A stretch of 64,000 nucleotides of DNA from an uncultured Planctomycetota bacterium (GTDB lineage Bacteria > Planctomycetota > Planctomycetia > Gemmatales > Gemmataceae). A model generated the notes under the pieces. The model had not been told where the DNA came from. It saw only the letters and a program-made list of their open reading frames with translations, and did not search any database. Shown in pieces: positions 44,652 to 61,346 of the stretch. A program made the translations under genes and the position numbers. The stretch spans positions 1-64,000 of the forward strand of contig CAWKHF010000010.1 in assembly GCA_963849325.1 (NCBI GenBank), in the 5' to 3' direction. Each line of letters begins with the position of its first letter. Within the stretch, counting starts at the first letter, position 1.

Positions 44652-45105
44652 ATGCACGGGTTGACGACTGCCTCTGCTGGATCGAGCCTGCCGCATCTTT
44701 CTGGAACGGGCTTACCCGGAGGGAGGCCCCTCGGTCCCGCCCGTCAGCACAGCCTACCTCGGTCTCCACGCTGATCGGCCGCTGGAGTCGGTGCTGGTCC
44801 CGCCGTTGTGCCAGCCGTTGTTCGACCGCGACGGCGGCCTCCGCGGCTACAGCCTGCGCCTGGGCAGTGCTTTCCACCCCCACCTCAAAATGCAAATCGT
44901 GAGCCACGACCACGACGACTGCGTCTTCAGTGTCGATACGCACGACACGCTCTCTCTCGAACCCCGCGACCCGGACTCGCCGCGCTGGGACCGGTTTCAG
45001 ACGATCAATCGACGCCTCAAGGAAGAGATCGAACGCGCCTGGGAGGAGGCGGGACTGCTGACGTTCAACGCCCTCTTGCGGCGCGAGCTGGGGCGAAAAG
45101 GATAA
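44652..45105 (+). CDS. Hypothetical protein (indels near 5' end)
   Basis: ATG with GGGAGG RBS; coding-like C-terminal part GYSLRLGS...HPHLK...VDTHD...NRRLKEEIERAWEEAGLLTF. Confidence 0.65.
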
Positions 45106-45114
45106 GGCCAAACC

Positions 45115-45166
45115 GAGCCGCGACCGTTAGGGAGCGGGGAACACCGCTCCCTAACGGTCGCGGCTC
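45115..45166. repeat. Palindromic (REP-like) repeat
   Basis: gagccgcgaccgttagggagcgg / ccgctccctaacggtcgcggctc, perfect arms. Confidence 0.85.
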
Positions 45167-45310
45167 CGACGGGCGGGGACAACGCGACCTCCGCGGTCGC
45201 CATTGTGGATTTGTCGTGGAGATAGTTGACGCCTCGGGCGCCGGCGGTTACGGTGGAATATAGCCCCCTATCCGGGTTCATCTCCTCCGAAGGCTCAGGG
45301 AGGTCCTCTC

Positions 45311-46174
45311 ATGTCTGTCCCTCGCTGGTTCCAACGCATCCTCGAGTATCATCGCGTGCCGTATCAGGAACACTCGCATCCGCCGGTGTTCTCGGCCTCT
45401 CACCTGGCGCACGTCGAGCACGTCACCGGCCGCCGCGTGGCCAAGGTGGTATTCGTCAACGCCCGCAACCATCCGATCATGGTGGTGCTGCCGGCGATCG
45501 CGCGCCTCGACCTGGACCGCGTCAAGGCGGTGCTGGGCGAGCCGGAGCTGCGCCTGGCGACCGAGGCGGAGATCGTCGGCTGGTTCAAGGGCTGTGAGCC
45601 GGGCAGCGTGCCGCCGTTCCGCCTGCGGAACGACGTGCGCGTCCTCATGGACCGCGAGCTGGCGCACCTGGGCCGCATCGTCCTGCCGGCCGGCGCTCCG
45701 GACGTCGCCATCTCCGTGCGTTTCCGCGACTGGTATCGCGCGGTTCGACCCGGCGTCGGCCGTTTCGCCGCCGGCGGCGACGGCCGGGCGATGAACCGGG
45801 AGGCGCCGGTCCTCGTCGTCGAGGACGAGACGGAAACGAATCAGTTGCTCTGCGAGTTGCTCCAGCGTGAGGGGGTCGTCTGCCAGGGCGTCGAGGAAGG
45901 CGGACAAGCACTCGCCGCGGCCGTGCAAGCTCGACCGGCGGCCATCCTTCTTGACCTTATGCTGCCCGATATGTCCGGTTTGGAGATGGTGCAACGGCTG
46001 CGGTGCGAGGGTTCGCTCAAGCGCATCCCGTGGATCGTGCTGACCGCCCTGGACGATGACGCTTCGCGCCAGCGCGTTCAGGAGCTGGGCGCGGATGCGT
46101 ACCTGACGAAGCCGCTGCAGCCGCAGACGCTGGTCGCCGAGGTGCGCGAGCTTCTGGCCGAGGCGAATGCTTGA
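45311..46174 (+). CDS. YbaK/ProXp-like aminoacyl-tRNA deacylase domain fused to a receiver domain
   Basis: H.PVFSA..LA, VAKVV, LRLATEAEI, CEPGSVPPF, then VLVVEDE, ILLDLMLPDMSG, IVLTA, YLTKP in one ORF. Confidence 0.85.
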   Translation: MSVPRWFQRILEYHRVPYQEHSHPPVFSASHLAHVEHVTGRRVAKVVFVNARNHPIMVVLPAIARLDLDRVKAVLGEPELRLATEAEIVGWFKGCEPGSVPPFRLRNDVRVLMDRELAHLGRIVLPAGAPDVAISVRFRDWYRAVRPGVGRFAAGGDGRAMNREAPVLVVEDETETNQLLCELLQREGVVCQGVEEGGQALAAAVQARPAAILLDLMLPDMSGLEMVQRLRCEGSLKRIPWIVLTALDDDASRQRVQELGADAYLTKPLQPQTLVAEVRELLAEANA

Positions 46175-46191
46175 CAAACGATCCCGCGACA

Positions 46192-46223
46192 TCGCTTGCG
46201 GCTTCGCGCCAAGCCGCAAGCGA
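46192..46223. terminator. Palindrome between convergent genes
   Basis: tcgcttgcggctt / aagccgcaagcga. Confidence 0.65.
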
Positions 46224-46225
46224 CA

Positions 46226-47692
46226 TCAACCCTTGATGACGCCGATCGGCCGCATGCGCGCCACCTTGCTGCGACAGTCCCGCCTGATCGACAACCTCAA
46301 CCACGTCATCGACGTTCTTGTACGCCTTGGGCTGTTCCTCCGCGAGACCCTTTCGGCTCTGCGACCGAGCGATGACGCCGCGCGCCTCCAGCTCCTTGTC
46401 GATGCGGCGGCCGGCGGCGTCCTTGACGGAGGCGGTACGGCTCATGGCCCGACCGGCGCCGTGACAGGTGGTGCCGAACGTCTTCTCCATGCTGCCGGGC
46501 TGGCCGACCAGCACCCAACTGGCTCGGCCCATGTCGCCGGGGATGATGACCGGCTGGCCGATCTTGCGATACATCGCCGGGACTTCGGGATGTCCCGGCG
46601 GGAAGGCGCGCGTCGCGCCCTTGCGGTGGACCCACACCTTCTTGCGCTTGCCGTTGACGACGTGCTCCTCGAACTTGGCGATGTTGTGGCAGACATCGTA
46701 GACGAGGTTCATCTGCAATTCCTGCCACGAACGGCCGAAGACGGCCGCGAACACCTCGCGGGCCTGCTGCATGAGCAACTGGCGATTGCACCAGGCGAAG
46801 TTCGCCGCCGCTCGCATGGCGGCGATGTAGCGCTGTCCCTCCGGGCTGTCGACCGGGGCGCAGGCGAGCTGCCGGTCGGGCAGGTCGATGCCGTACTTCT
46901 GCGGTGCGTTGCGCAGCATGGGCCAGGGCGTCGTCGCAGACCTGATAGCCCAGGCCGCGCGAACCGCTGTGGATCATGACGCACACCATGTCCTTCTCCA
47001 GTCCCATGACCCGCGCCGCCTCCTCGTCGAAGACGTGATCGACGATCTGCACTTCCAGGAAGTGGTTGCCGGAGCCGAGCGTGCCGCACTGCTCGGCGCC
47101 GCGCGTCAGGGCGTGATCGCTGACCATGTCCGGGTCGGCCCCGTCGAGCCGTCCCTCCGCCTCGGTATGCTCGATGTCGCCCGGCGTCGCCAGGCCGCGG
47201 CCGAGCAGGTAGCGCGGCCCTCTGCGAAAGGATATGATGCAGCTCCTTTTTGTCGAATTTGTAATGTCCCGAACGGCCGACGCCGCTGGGCACGTTGCGG
47301 AACAGCTCTTCCACCAGCGTGCGCAGGTGCGGCTTGACGTCGCGGTAGAAAAGGTTCGAGCGGACCAGGCGGACGCCGCAATTTATATCGTAGCCCACGC
47401 CGCCGGGGGAGATGACGCCGCCTTCATCCGGGTCGGTGGCGCAGACGCCGCCGATGCAGAAACCATAGCCCCAGTGAATGTCCGGCATGGCCAGGCTGGC
47501 GTACTGGATGCCGGGCAGGAAGGCGACATTGGCCACCTGTTCCGGAGCTTGATCCGCCATGAGTTGCGCGAGCAGGCGCTCGTTGGTGAAGATCAGACCA
47601 TCAACGCGCATGCCCGGCTTGTAACTCTTGGGGATGCGCCAGCAGCAGGCGTCAACCTGTTCCAGCGGCCCCCGAAAGGTGTCCTTGCCCAT
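46226..47692 (-). CDS. rtcB: RNA-splicing ligase RtcB (indels near 47220, 46920, 46270)
   Basis: MPDIHWGYGFCIGGV, VGYDINCG, GTLGSGNHFLE, MIHSGSRG, HNIAK, VHRKGATRA, CHGAGR, AEEQPKAYK. Confidence 0.95.
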
Positions 47693-47705
47693 GAGTCGTG
47701 CCCTT

Positions 47706-48116
47706 TCAAATGTCCACGATCAATTCCGCCAACCAACCGTCCGCGTCCGGTTCGACGCGCAGGCCGTGATAAGTGATGGCCTTCACTTCGTTCGCCAGGT
47801 GGTGCCGGGCGCGGTCGAGCGGTTCGCCCCAGGCGCTGCCCTGCAGGCCGTCGTCGCCGATCCGAACCTCGAAGCGAGACAGCAGCAAATGCTCGGCGTC
47901 GAAGTGATACAGCAGCTCCTTCAGCCAGTCGAACAGCAGGTAATCGCGGTCCTTCCCAGCGATCGTCACGTCCAGCTGGCGGACGGGCGCGACCGTGTCG
48001 ATGTCCTCGACGAGGGTAGCGAACAAAGCTCGCGCCGCCTCGGCGAACAGCGTGTTCAGGTCGGCCGCCCGGATGCGCAAGCCGAGGTCGGCCGTGTGGT
48101 CGAAGGTCTCGTACAT
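47706..48116 (-). CDS. Archease
   Basis: YETFDHTADLG...EVKAITYHGL...IVDI; directly upstream of rtcB. Confidence 0.95.
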   Translation of the reverse strand: MYETFDHTADLGLRIRAADLNTLFAEAARALFATLVEDIDTVAPVRQLDVTIAGKDRDYLLFDWLKELLYHFDAEHLLLSRFEVRIGDDGLQGSAWGEPLDRARHHLANEVKAITYHGLRVEPDADGWLAELIVDI

Positions 48117-48298
48117 ATTAAGATGCTACCGCACCGCGCCAGGCGACGATAGACGGCAGACACGGCAGACGGTCCCCAAGTTCGCGGTTCGTGTGAGGAC
48201 CGTTTCGGGGTGTTTGGATTTCCTTGGCAGCGTCCGCATCCTTCGCGTACAACAAGGACGAACCTGAAACCCGTGGCCCCGACTCGGAGGAATGTTCG

Positions 48299-49525
48299 AT
48301 GCGACCGAAGCCGATCATCCGCGGAGCTTGCTTCCTTGCCCTGACTCTGGCCGTCCTGGCACCGACCGTTCGCGCCCTCGATTCCACGGACTTCGACAAG
48401 TCCAAACTGGCCCTCATCGGTTCGCGCATGCAGCGCTTCGTGGACGAGCAGCAAATTGCCGGCGCTGTCACCGCCGTCGGCAACGCCCAGAGCATCGTCA
48501 GCCTGGAGGCGGTCGGCAGTCTGCGTCTCGATTCCAAGGAGGCGATGCCGAAAGACGCCCTGTTCCGCATCGCCTCCATGACGAAGCCCATTACCGCCAC
48601 GGGTATCCTCATCCTGGCCGACGACGGCAAACTGTCGGTGGACGATCCGGTCGAGAAGCACCTGCCGGAGTTCCGCGGCCAGATGCTGGTGGCCGAGCGC
48701 ACGCCGGATCGGTTGACGCTGAAAAAGCCGCCGCGGCCGATCACCTTGCGCGACCTGCTGACGCATACGTCCGGCCTGCCGGGCTATCCGCCGGGCCTGG
48801 GCGACCTGTATCGCCGACGCAACCGGACCTTGGCCGAGTCCATCCTGGCGGTCTCGCAACGGCCGTTGGAGTTCGAGCCGGGCAGCCGTTGGTCGTACAG
48901 CAATTCCGGCATCGACACGCTTGGCCGCGTCATCGAGGTAGCGTCCGGGAAAGATTACGAGACGTTCCTGGCGGAGCGCATGTTCGCGCCACTGCGCATG
49001 AAAGACACGACGTTTCGGCCGAACAAGGAACAGTTGCGCCGCCGCGCCGGACTGTATGGCATCAAGGACGGCAAACTGGTCGCCGCCCCCGATGCGTTGA
49101 TCGGCCCGCCGGAGAACATGCGCCATCCGATCCCGGCGGGCGGGTTGTACTCGACCGGGGCCGACATGGCGCGGTTCTATCGCATGATGCTCAACGGCGG
49201 CGCCCTCGACGGCGAGCGGATTCTGTCGGCGGCGAGCGTCAAGGCCATGACCAGCGTGCAGACCGGCGAGTTGAAGTGCGGTTTCACGCCGGGCATGAGT
49301 CATGGCCTGGGCTTCGCCGTGGTGCGCCAGCCGCAGGGAGTGACGGCGATGCTGTCGCCCGGCTCGTTCGGTCACGGCGGCGCCTTCGGGACGCAGAGCT
49401 GGGCCGACCCCAAGCGCGGCCTGTTCGTCATCCTGCTCATCCAGCGCACCGGCCTGCCCAACTCCGACGCTTCGGAAATGCGGAGGGAATTGCAGCGCCT
49501 GGCCGTCGAAGCGGTCAAACGCTGA
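48299..49525 (+). CDS. Serine hydrolase, beta-lactamase family
   Basis: Signal peptide, FRIASMTK (SxxK), LLTHTSG, WSYSN, FGHGGAFGT. Confidence 0.92.
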   Translation: MRPKPIIRGACFLALTLAVLAPTVRALDSTDFDKSKLALIGSRMQRFVDEQQIAGAVTAVGNAQSIVSLEAVGSLRLDSKEAMPKDALFRIASMTKPITATGILILADDGKLSVDDPVEKHLPEFRGQMLVAERTPDRLTLKKPPRPITLRDLLTHTSGLPGYPPGLGDLYRRRNRTLAESILAVSQRPLEFEPGSRWSYSNSGIDTLGRVIEVASGKDYETFLAERMFAPLRMKDTTFRPNKEQLRRRAGLYGIKDGKLVAAPDALIGPPENMRHPIPAGGLYSTGADMARFYRMMLNGGALDGERILSAASVKAMTSVQTGELKCGFTPGMSHGLGFAVVRQPQGVTAMLSPGSFGHGGAFGTQSWADPKRGLFVILLIQRTGLPNSDASEMRRELQRLAVEAVKR

Positions 49526-49625
49526 TCGTTCGGGCAAGACGGCGCGTCCATTCATCCCCTTCTCATGGGCGCTGTGCTAGCCTGATCTGCCGATTTCCCC
49601 TTTGCTTGAAGAGAAGGATTCCGCC

Positions 49626-51026
49626 ATGAATCGGAAGTGGCTCGTTGGAGGAGTGTTCGCCGTTGCTGGCCTGACGGTCGCGGCGCGGGCAGGGGATTGG
49701 CCGCAGTTCCGAGGACCGAACAGCATGGGGCTGTCCGAGGAAAAGCAGCTACCGAGCGAATGGAGCACCACCAAAAACGTCCGCTGGAAAAAGAAGCTGC
49801 CCGGCTATGGCTGGTCTTCGCCCATCGTCTGGGGTGACAAAGTGTTTGTCACCACGGCGGTCTCCGACAAGCAGACGAAGCCGGCGGGCTTCGGAGGACG
49901 CGGCGGCTTCCGTCCCGGCGGTCGATCGGAGGAACGCCCGGAAGGCGGGCAAAGCGAACAGCCGATGCGTCCGCGCGGCGGCCGCGGCGGCCGCAGCCGA
50001 ACGCCCGACATTGTCTATCGCTGGGAGGTCTACTGCCTCAACCGCACCAATGGCGAAGTGCTGTGGAAACAGGTCGCCGCCGAGCACAAGCCGGCCATCC
50101 CCATCCAGCGCGCCAACACCTACGCCACGGAAACGCCCGTGACCGACGGCGAGCGCATCTACGCCTATTTCGGCATGACCGGCGTTTACTGTTACGACTT
50201 CAACGGGAAACTTCTGTGGAGCAAGGATCTCGGCGCCTATTCGATGCAGATGGGCTGGGGCACGGGCAGTTCTCCGACGCTGGACGGCGACCGGCTTTTC
50301 ATCCAGTGCGATAATGAGGAGAAATCGTTCCTGGCGGCGCTGGACACGAAGTCCGGCAAGGAACTATGGCGGGTCCCACGTCCGGAACGATCGTCGTGGT
50401 CCACGCCGTTCGTGTGGAAGACGAAGAATCGGACGGAGCTGGTGGCCTGCGGCAATGGCCGAGTGCGTTCGTATGATGTGGCGACCGGCAAGCAACTCTG
50501 GGAACTGGGCGGCCTCAATGGCCAGGCCAACGCCACGCCGGTGGCCGGCGACGACATGCTCTTCCTCGGCGTGGGCCGACGGGGCAGCCGGCCGTTGTTC
50601 GCCGTGCGTGCCGGCGCCTCCGGCGACATCACCCTGAAGGAAGGCGAGGAGTCCAACGTCGGCGTCGCCTGGTTCCGCCGCCAGGCCGGACCCTCGATGG
50701 CGTCGCCGCTGTACCAGGACGGCTATTTGTACGTCCTCGAAGAGAACGGCGGCATGTTGAGCTGCTACAACGCTCGTACCGGCGAGCCGGCCTACAGCCG
50801 CGAGCGTCTCCCGCAAGCGCGCGGCTTCACGTCGTCGCCGTGGGCTTACGACGGCAAAATCTTCTGCCTCGCCGGCGACGGGCAGACGTTCGTCGTCCAG
50901 GCCGGGCCGACATTCAAGCTGCTGGGCACCAACACGCTCGACGAGATGTGCTGGTCGTCGCCGGCCGTCGCGCACGGCGCCCTGATCCTCCGCGGCGTCG
51001 ATCACCTGTATTGCATCCAGAAATGA
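49626..51026 (+). CDS. PQQ-like beta-propeller (BamB-like) secreted protein
   Basis: DWPQFRGP, GWSSPIVWG, TPVTDGERIY, repeated G..LW blades. Confidence 0.9.
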   Translation: MNRKWLVGGVFAVAGLTVAARAGDWPQFRGPNSMGLSEEKQLPSEWSTTKNVRWKKKLPGYGWSSPIVWGDKVFVTTAVSDKQTKPAGFGGRGGFRPGGRSEERPEGGQSEQPMRPRGGRGGRSRTPDIVYRWEVYCLNRTNGEVLWKQVAAEHKPAIPIQRANTYATETPVTDGERIYAYFGMTGVYCYDFNGKLLWSKDLGAYSMQMGWGTGSSPTLDGDRLFIQCDNEEKSFLAALDTKSGKELWRVPRPERSSWSTPFVWKTKNRTELVACGNGRVRSYDVATGKQLWELGGLNGQANATPVAGDDMLFLGVGRRGSRPLFAVRAGASGDITLKEGEESNVGVAWFRRQAGPSMASPLYQDGYLYVLEENGGMLSCYNARTGEPAYSRERLPQARGFTSSPWAYDGKIFCLAGDGQTFVVQAGPTFKLLGTNTLDEMCWSSPAVAHGALILRGVDHLYCIQK

Positions 51027-51056
51027 GAATCTATTTCAAGAGGCGTTTGCGGCCCT

Positions 51057-51124
51057 CGTTTCGCCGCGACGCGCAGCGGAGCGCGGGAGTATTCCCGCGC
51101 TCCGCTGCGCGTCGCGGCTAAACG
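51057..51124. repeat. Long palindrome, family shared with 28940-29002
   Basis: gccgcgacgcgcagcggagcgcgg / ccgcgctccgctgcgcgtcgcggc; lies between convergent genes. Confidence 0.9.
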
Positions 51125-51140
51125 AATGGCGACGGAGTTC

Positions 51141-53444
51141 TTAACCCGCCTCCTCCGTGGCGCCGCCGCGCACGGCGGCCCACTGCTCCGGCGTGTACAG
51201 CACTTCGCGGGCATTGCTGCCGTTGTAGCCGCCGACGATGCCGTCCTCGGCCATGAAATCGATCAGCCGCGCCGCCCGTCCGTAGCCGATGCCCAGGGCA
51301 CGCTGCAACAGCGACACGCTGCCGCGCCCCTCGCGCAGAATGATCTCGATGGCCGGCTCGTACAGATCGTCATTGCGGCTGCGCAGACGATCGCTCAGCG
51401 AGCCGCCCTGCTCGCCGACTTGCAGCTGCATCAGCTCCGGCGCGTAGCACGGCTCGCACTCCAGGCAGGCGACGACATCCTGGATTTCCTTGTCGCTGGC
51501 GTAGGTGCCCTGGGCGCGGATCAGGTCGCTGGTGCCCGGCGGCAAAAACAGCATGTCGCCCTTGCCCAGCAGCTTGTCGGCGCCCATCTCGTCGAGCACG
51601 ACGCGGCTGTCCGACTTGTTCGTCACCTTGAAGCAGATGCGCGACGGCAGGTTCGACTTGATCAGGCCGGTGATGACGTCCACGGTCGGCTTCTGCGTGG
51701 CCACGACCAGGTGGATGCCCGCCGCCCGCGACTTCTGGGCCAGGCGGATGATGTGGCCCTCCACCTCCTTCTTCATCTGCAACATCAGGTCCGACATCTC
51801 GTCGATGACGATGACGATGTACGGCATGTGCCGGGGAATGCGCTGGCGCTCCTCGTCGTCCTCGGGCTGGACGCGGCGGAGGACTTCATCGGGCTTCAGC
51901 TCGTTGTAGCCGGCGATGTTGCGGACGCGGGCGCGGCGAAGCAGATCGTAGCGCTCCTCCATCTTGTCCACCGCCCAGGCCAGGATGGCCTCGGACTTTT
52001 TCATGTCGGTGACGACCGGGTGCATCAGGTGCGGGATCTTGCCGTACACGCTCCAGCTCGACGCCGCCCTTGGGATCGATCATGATCATCTTGACCTCGT
52101 CGGGCCGGCGGGTCATGAGGATGCTCAGGATGATGGTGTTCAGGCAGACCGACTTGCCGGTGCCGGTGGTGCCGGCGATGAGCAGGTGCGGCATGTCGGC
52201 GAGGTCGTGGACGAGCGGCCGGCCCTCGCTGTCCTTGCCGAGAAACAGCGGCACCTTGAACTTGCGCGACCTTCTTGGCCGAGGCCAGGAGGACTTCCTT
52301 GAGGCGGACGTCGGCGCGGCAGCTCGTTGGGCACCTCGATGCCGACCGTGTTCTTGCCGGGGATCGGCGCCACGATGCGCACGCTCGGCACCTTGAGGTT
52401 CAGGGCGATGTCGTCGGCCAGGCGGGTGACCTTGTTCACGCGCAGGCCGGTCTCCAGGGCGATCTCGAACTGCGTGATGACCGGCCCGGTGTTGATGCCG
52501 ACGACGCGGACGTTCAGGCCGAAGTCGGTGAAGGTCTTCTCCAGCAGCGCGGCCCGATCGCGCAGCTGTTCGTCGTGCTCGCTGTAGTCGAACGGCCGGG
52601 CGTCCTCCAGAAGGGTCAGCGCCGGCAGCTCGTAGTCGGCGAAGCGCTCCTGGTCGGACACGGCGCTGACCGCCGCCTTCCGCCGCGCGGGGGCGAACAG
52701 GTGCGGCCCTTGGGGGTCGTGACCGGCGATCTCGTTGTGATGGTGAATGGGGATGATGGAGGGATTGGCCGGCCGGTCCTCCTCGGCGACTTCGGAGGGT
52801 GCGGGTTCTTCCGCTTGTTCCGAGTCTTCCGGTTCCTTCGCTACTGTCGTTCGGACGATGGTCGGCGACGATAGCGTTCGGGAAGTAGGACGTTTCGCGG
52901 CCGTGGCGGAGATGCCCAGGTTGACGCGGAGACACCACCAGAGTAGGCGCCCCAGACGTAGTAGGAACGTATCCAGGCTCAGGATCACGCCGAGCAGGAG
53001 GCAACTACCGAGAAGGAGATACTGGCCCGCCGGCCGCAGCGAAGCATTCAGGATCTCGTTCAACCAGGCTCCCAGGCTACCGCCCGGTCCCAGGGGCGGA
53101 GGGGCGCCCGGAGGGACGAGCGCCGGCCAGCGTTCGGCGAACACGGTCGCACAGGGAACCAGCAGCAGCCAGCCGATCGACCGCAACGACCAACTCAGCC
53201 AGCTCCGCCGAAGTATCAGCCGGGCCGCGACGACGAACCAGCCGGCGAGGAAGACGTAAACGGCGACGCCCAGCGTTAGCCGCAGCTCATGGGCGATGCC
53301 GGCGCCGAGAGGACCGAGACGATTGCGTGACGTGCCGGACACGTCGGCCGGAGCGGAATCGAGTACGCTGAGAGTCAGGAGCAGGCCGCCACCCAGAAGG
53401 ATGCACGCGGCCAGGTACAGACGCCAGTGGCGACGATCCGGCAT
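51141..53444 (-). CDS. ftsK: DNA translocase FtsK (indels near 52320, 52270, 52055)
   Basis: N-terminal TMs, [58 protein letters not shown], gamma domain [21 protein letters not shown]. Confidence 0.95.
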
Positions 53445-53572
53445 GGAGAGACTCCGAGGGGTTCGGGCCGCTTGCGGCTGGAGGCGCCCTGACACGGCGC
53501 GTCCCTCTCCATCGTCCCGCCGTGGCGGCTTCATCTAGGAAAAAAACGAGGTTGTTTCTCGATCGGGGCGTC

Positions 53573-54027
53573 ATGTTTCACATCGCACTGCTGGAACCGG
53601 AAATCCCGCCCAACACCGGCAATATCATTCGCCTGTGTGTGGCCACCGGCGCGACCCTGCACGTCATCGGCCGTGCCGGCTTCCCGCTCGGCGAGCGCAC
53701 GGTGCGCCGCGCCGCCGTCGATTACTGGGACGAGGTAGACTTGCACCGTCACGCCACGCTCGAAGAGTTCGAGTCCAGCCGCGCGCCGGTCGCATGTTCT
53801 GTTTCAGTGCCCGGGCGTGTACTCCCTACACGCGCGCGGCCTATCAGGCAGGCGACACGCTGTTGTTTGGCAGCGAATCGACCGGACTGCCGACTTCCGT
53901 GATCGCGCGCTACGGCGACCGCGCCTTGTGCATCCCCATGCCAGGCGGCAAAGTCCGCAGCTTGAACCTCGCCAATGCCGTCGGCATTGTGCTCTACGAG
54001 GCGCTGAGACAGGTTCAGGGCTGGTAA
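53573..54027 (+). CDS. trmL: tRNA (cytidine(34)-2'-O)-methyltransferase (indel near 53780)
   Basis: PEIPPNTGNIIRLC, RRAAVDYW, LLFGSESTGLP, IPM...RSLNLANAV...YEALRQ. Confidence 0.92.
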
Positions 54028-54038
54028 ACGCTTTTCCT

Positions 54039-54083
54039 CCCCCTCACCCCCAACCCCTCTCCCCCGCTTCGGGGGAGAGGGGG
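54039..54083. repeat. CCCCTCACCCCCAACCCCTCTCCCCC...GGGGGAGAGGGG repeat unit
   Basis: Same unit as in 31957-32102; just after the trmL stop. Confidence 0.8.
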
Positions 54084-54188
54084 GATGCGCGGGTTCACTG
54101 CATCTCAAGGACGTGCGAGCCGATAAAGAATGGCGAACGCGAGGGCGCTCCCAGCTCCCCTCGCCGTCTCGGAGGCCGTGAACCGCGC

Positions 54189-54482
54189 ATGAGCACCGTT
54201 GTTTGTCTGCCTACGCTCGACGTTCTCCGCGAGCATGTCCGAAAAATCCTGTGCGCCCACGATCAGCTCGACCCCGAGCAGACGCCCATGCACCAGGCCG
54301 TCATCACGCGCTCGGGCCGGCCCTGCGGTCTGTTCTTCCAGGTGCAGGGGCCGCGCATGGTCAAGACCTATGCCGTGTGGGCCGGCGAAGAAGATCGCAT
54401 TCTCTTTTACGACTCCAACGGCCAGCGCTTCGCCGAGGTGCGTCTCAGCGAGGCGCCGGACCCACGCAAGTTGGCCGCCTGA
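54189..54482 (+). CDS. Hypothetical protein
   Basis: 97 aa with host-like codon use (RSGRPCGLFFQVQGPR...AVW...ILFYDSNGQRF). Confidence 0.7.
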   Translation: MSTVVCLPTLDVLREHVRKILCAHDQLDPEQTPMHQAVITRSGRPCGLFFQVQGPRMVKTYAVWAGEEDRILFYDSNGQRFAEVRLSEAPDPRKLAA

Positions 54483-54745
54483 GCAGCTGCTGCCTCTTTC
54501 TCGCCACGTCGCAATTGTTTGACCCCAACGGACGCTCGCCCATTCGTTCCCTTCCGGTTCCGCATTACCGTGGGTGAATTTGCCCTCGGTCCCGCCTCCT
54601 CGCGCCCACGGTCTCGTTCCCATGCTAGGCTTGCGGAATGAGGACAGGCGTCACGCCTGTTCCCTCCGCGTTGGTCCGCCCTGCAACGGAGCAGGGCCGG
54701 CGGTCCTCCCGCCGCGACCACTCGCCTAGCCGCGAAGGATCAATC

Positions 54746-57789
<3,044 letters not shown>

Positions 57790-57808
57790 CGGGGAGGCGA
57801 AGGAGCCT

Positions 57809-58416
57809 ATGCGTTCGCCACGTTTCTTCTGGCTGCTCGGCGTCCTGTGGGTGGCGTCCCTCGCGGGGGGCTGGTTCGCCCTGCTGCGGCATCAACTTAC
57901 GCCGGGTTCGCCGGGGCGCGTGCCCGAACGCTGGCCGGCGGACAGCGCGCTGCGGCTGGACGGCGAGCGACCGACGCTCGTACTCTTCGCGCATCGGAAC
58001 TGTCCCTGTACGCGGACCACCCTCGGGGAGTTGGAACACATTCTGACGCACGCTTCGAGGCGGGTCAGCGTCCGGGTTGTCCTGTTGGCGCCCTCGGATG
58101 CACTGTCGGATCGCGTGGGCGGGGACATCGAGGCGCGAGCGCGGGCGCTGCCTGGAGCGGAGGTCGTGGTCGATTCGGACGGCGCCGAGGCACGGCGATT
58201 TCACGTGCGCATTTCGGGGCACGTCGTCCTGTACGGCGCGGACGGCCGCTTGCGTTTCGGCGGCGGCATCACGGACGGACGCGGACACGCCGGAGAAAGT
58301 GAGGGCCGGCGTGCCGTGCTGGCCTGGTTACAAGAGGGGATCGCGGAGCGGTGTACCGCTCCGGTATACGGCTGCTCCCTCTTCACCGACGAAGAGGATG
58401 CGGCGGAGGAACAGAC

Positions 58417-58429
<13 letters not shown>
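57809..58429 (+). CDS. Membrane-anchored thioredoxin-like protein (RedB-like)
   Basis: TM helix, [40 protein letters not shown]. Confidence 0.65.
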
Positions 58430-60704
<2,275 letters not shown>

Positions 60705-60787
60705 CGCTCAGCCCTTTGGGTCCGGCCGTCGGATTTGCTAGAATACCAGGCATTCTCGTCCCGAAACGTGGAGGAGGTGTCCGGAGT

Positions 60788-61253
60788 ATGTGTCCGTTGC
60801 GCCGCGTCGAGGATCATCGAGCTGGTTCGTCCGCCCTGGGCATTCTGGTGCCGCCGGGCCGGCACTCGTTCTTGATTGTCCGGCCGCGAGCACTGTCCTG
60901 GGATCTGCTGCTGCTCCGCTCGGAGGACGCCGCCGTTTTCCGCGACCTGCACCGCGACGAGGCGGGCGCCATCGCCCAGCAGTTGTATCACGCGCTGGCG
61001 GATACGCCCGGCGGCACGACCATTATCGAGGAAGTTGCTTGCCCAGATGGGCACGGCTTCTGGGTACGCGCCCGCGTGGGGACGTTCGCGCTCTTGCTGT
61101 GCGGACGGCAGCCGGGCCGGCCGTATCAGCCGTTGATTTTCTCGGACGTGGAAGCGGCCCGGCAAGCGGCCGAGCAGACTGCGCGGAATCCTCATTCCCC
61201 GGCCGGATGTCGAGCAGGAAGTGTATCTCAATACTCGCCATTTCACGCGCTAA
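60788..61253 (+). CDS. Hypothetical protein (indels near 3' end)
   Basis: ATG with GGAGGAGG upstream; coding-like ORF ending QEVYLNTRHFTR-stop in another frame. Confidence 0.55.
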
Positions 61254-61267
61254 GGAAGTATTTCCTC

Positions 61268-61324
61268 ACTAGCCCGGAGCGCAGCAACGGGCAGACCAAC
61301 CCGTCGCTGGCGCTCCGGGCTAGT
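61268..61324. repeat. Palindromic repeat (AGCCCGGAGCG family)
   Basis: actagcccggagcgc / gcgctccgggctagt. Confidence 0.8.
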
Positions 61325-61346
61325 ATTTTTGAAATAGACCGCGCAC

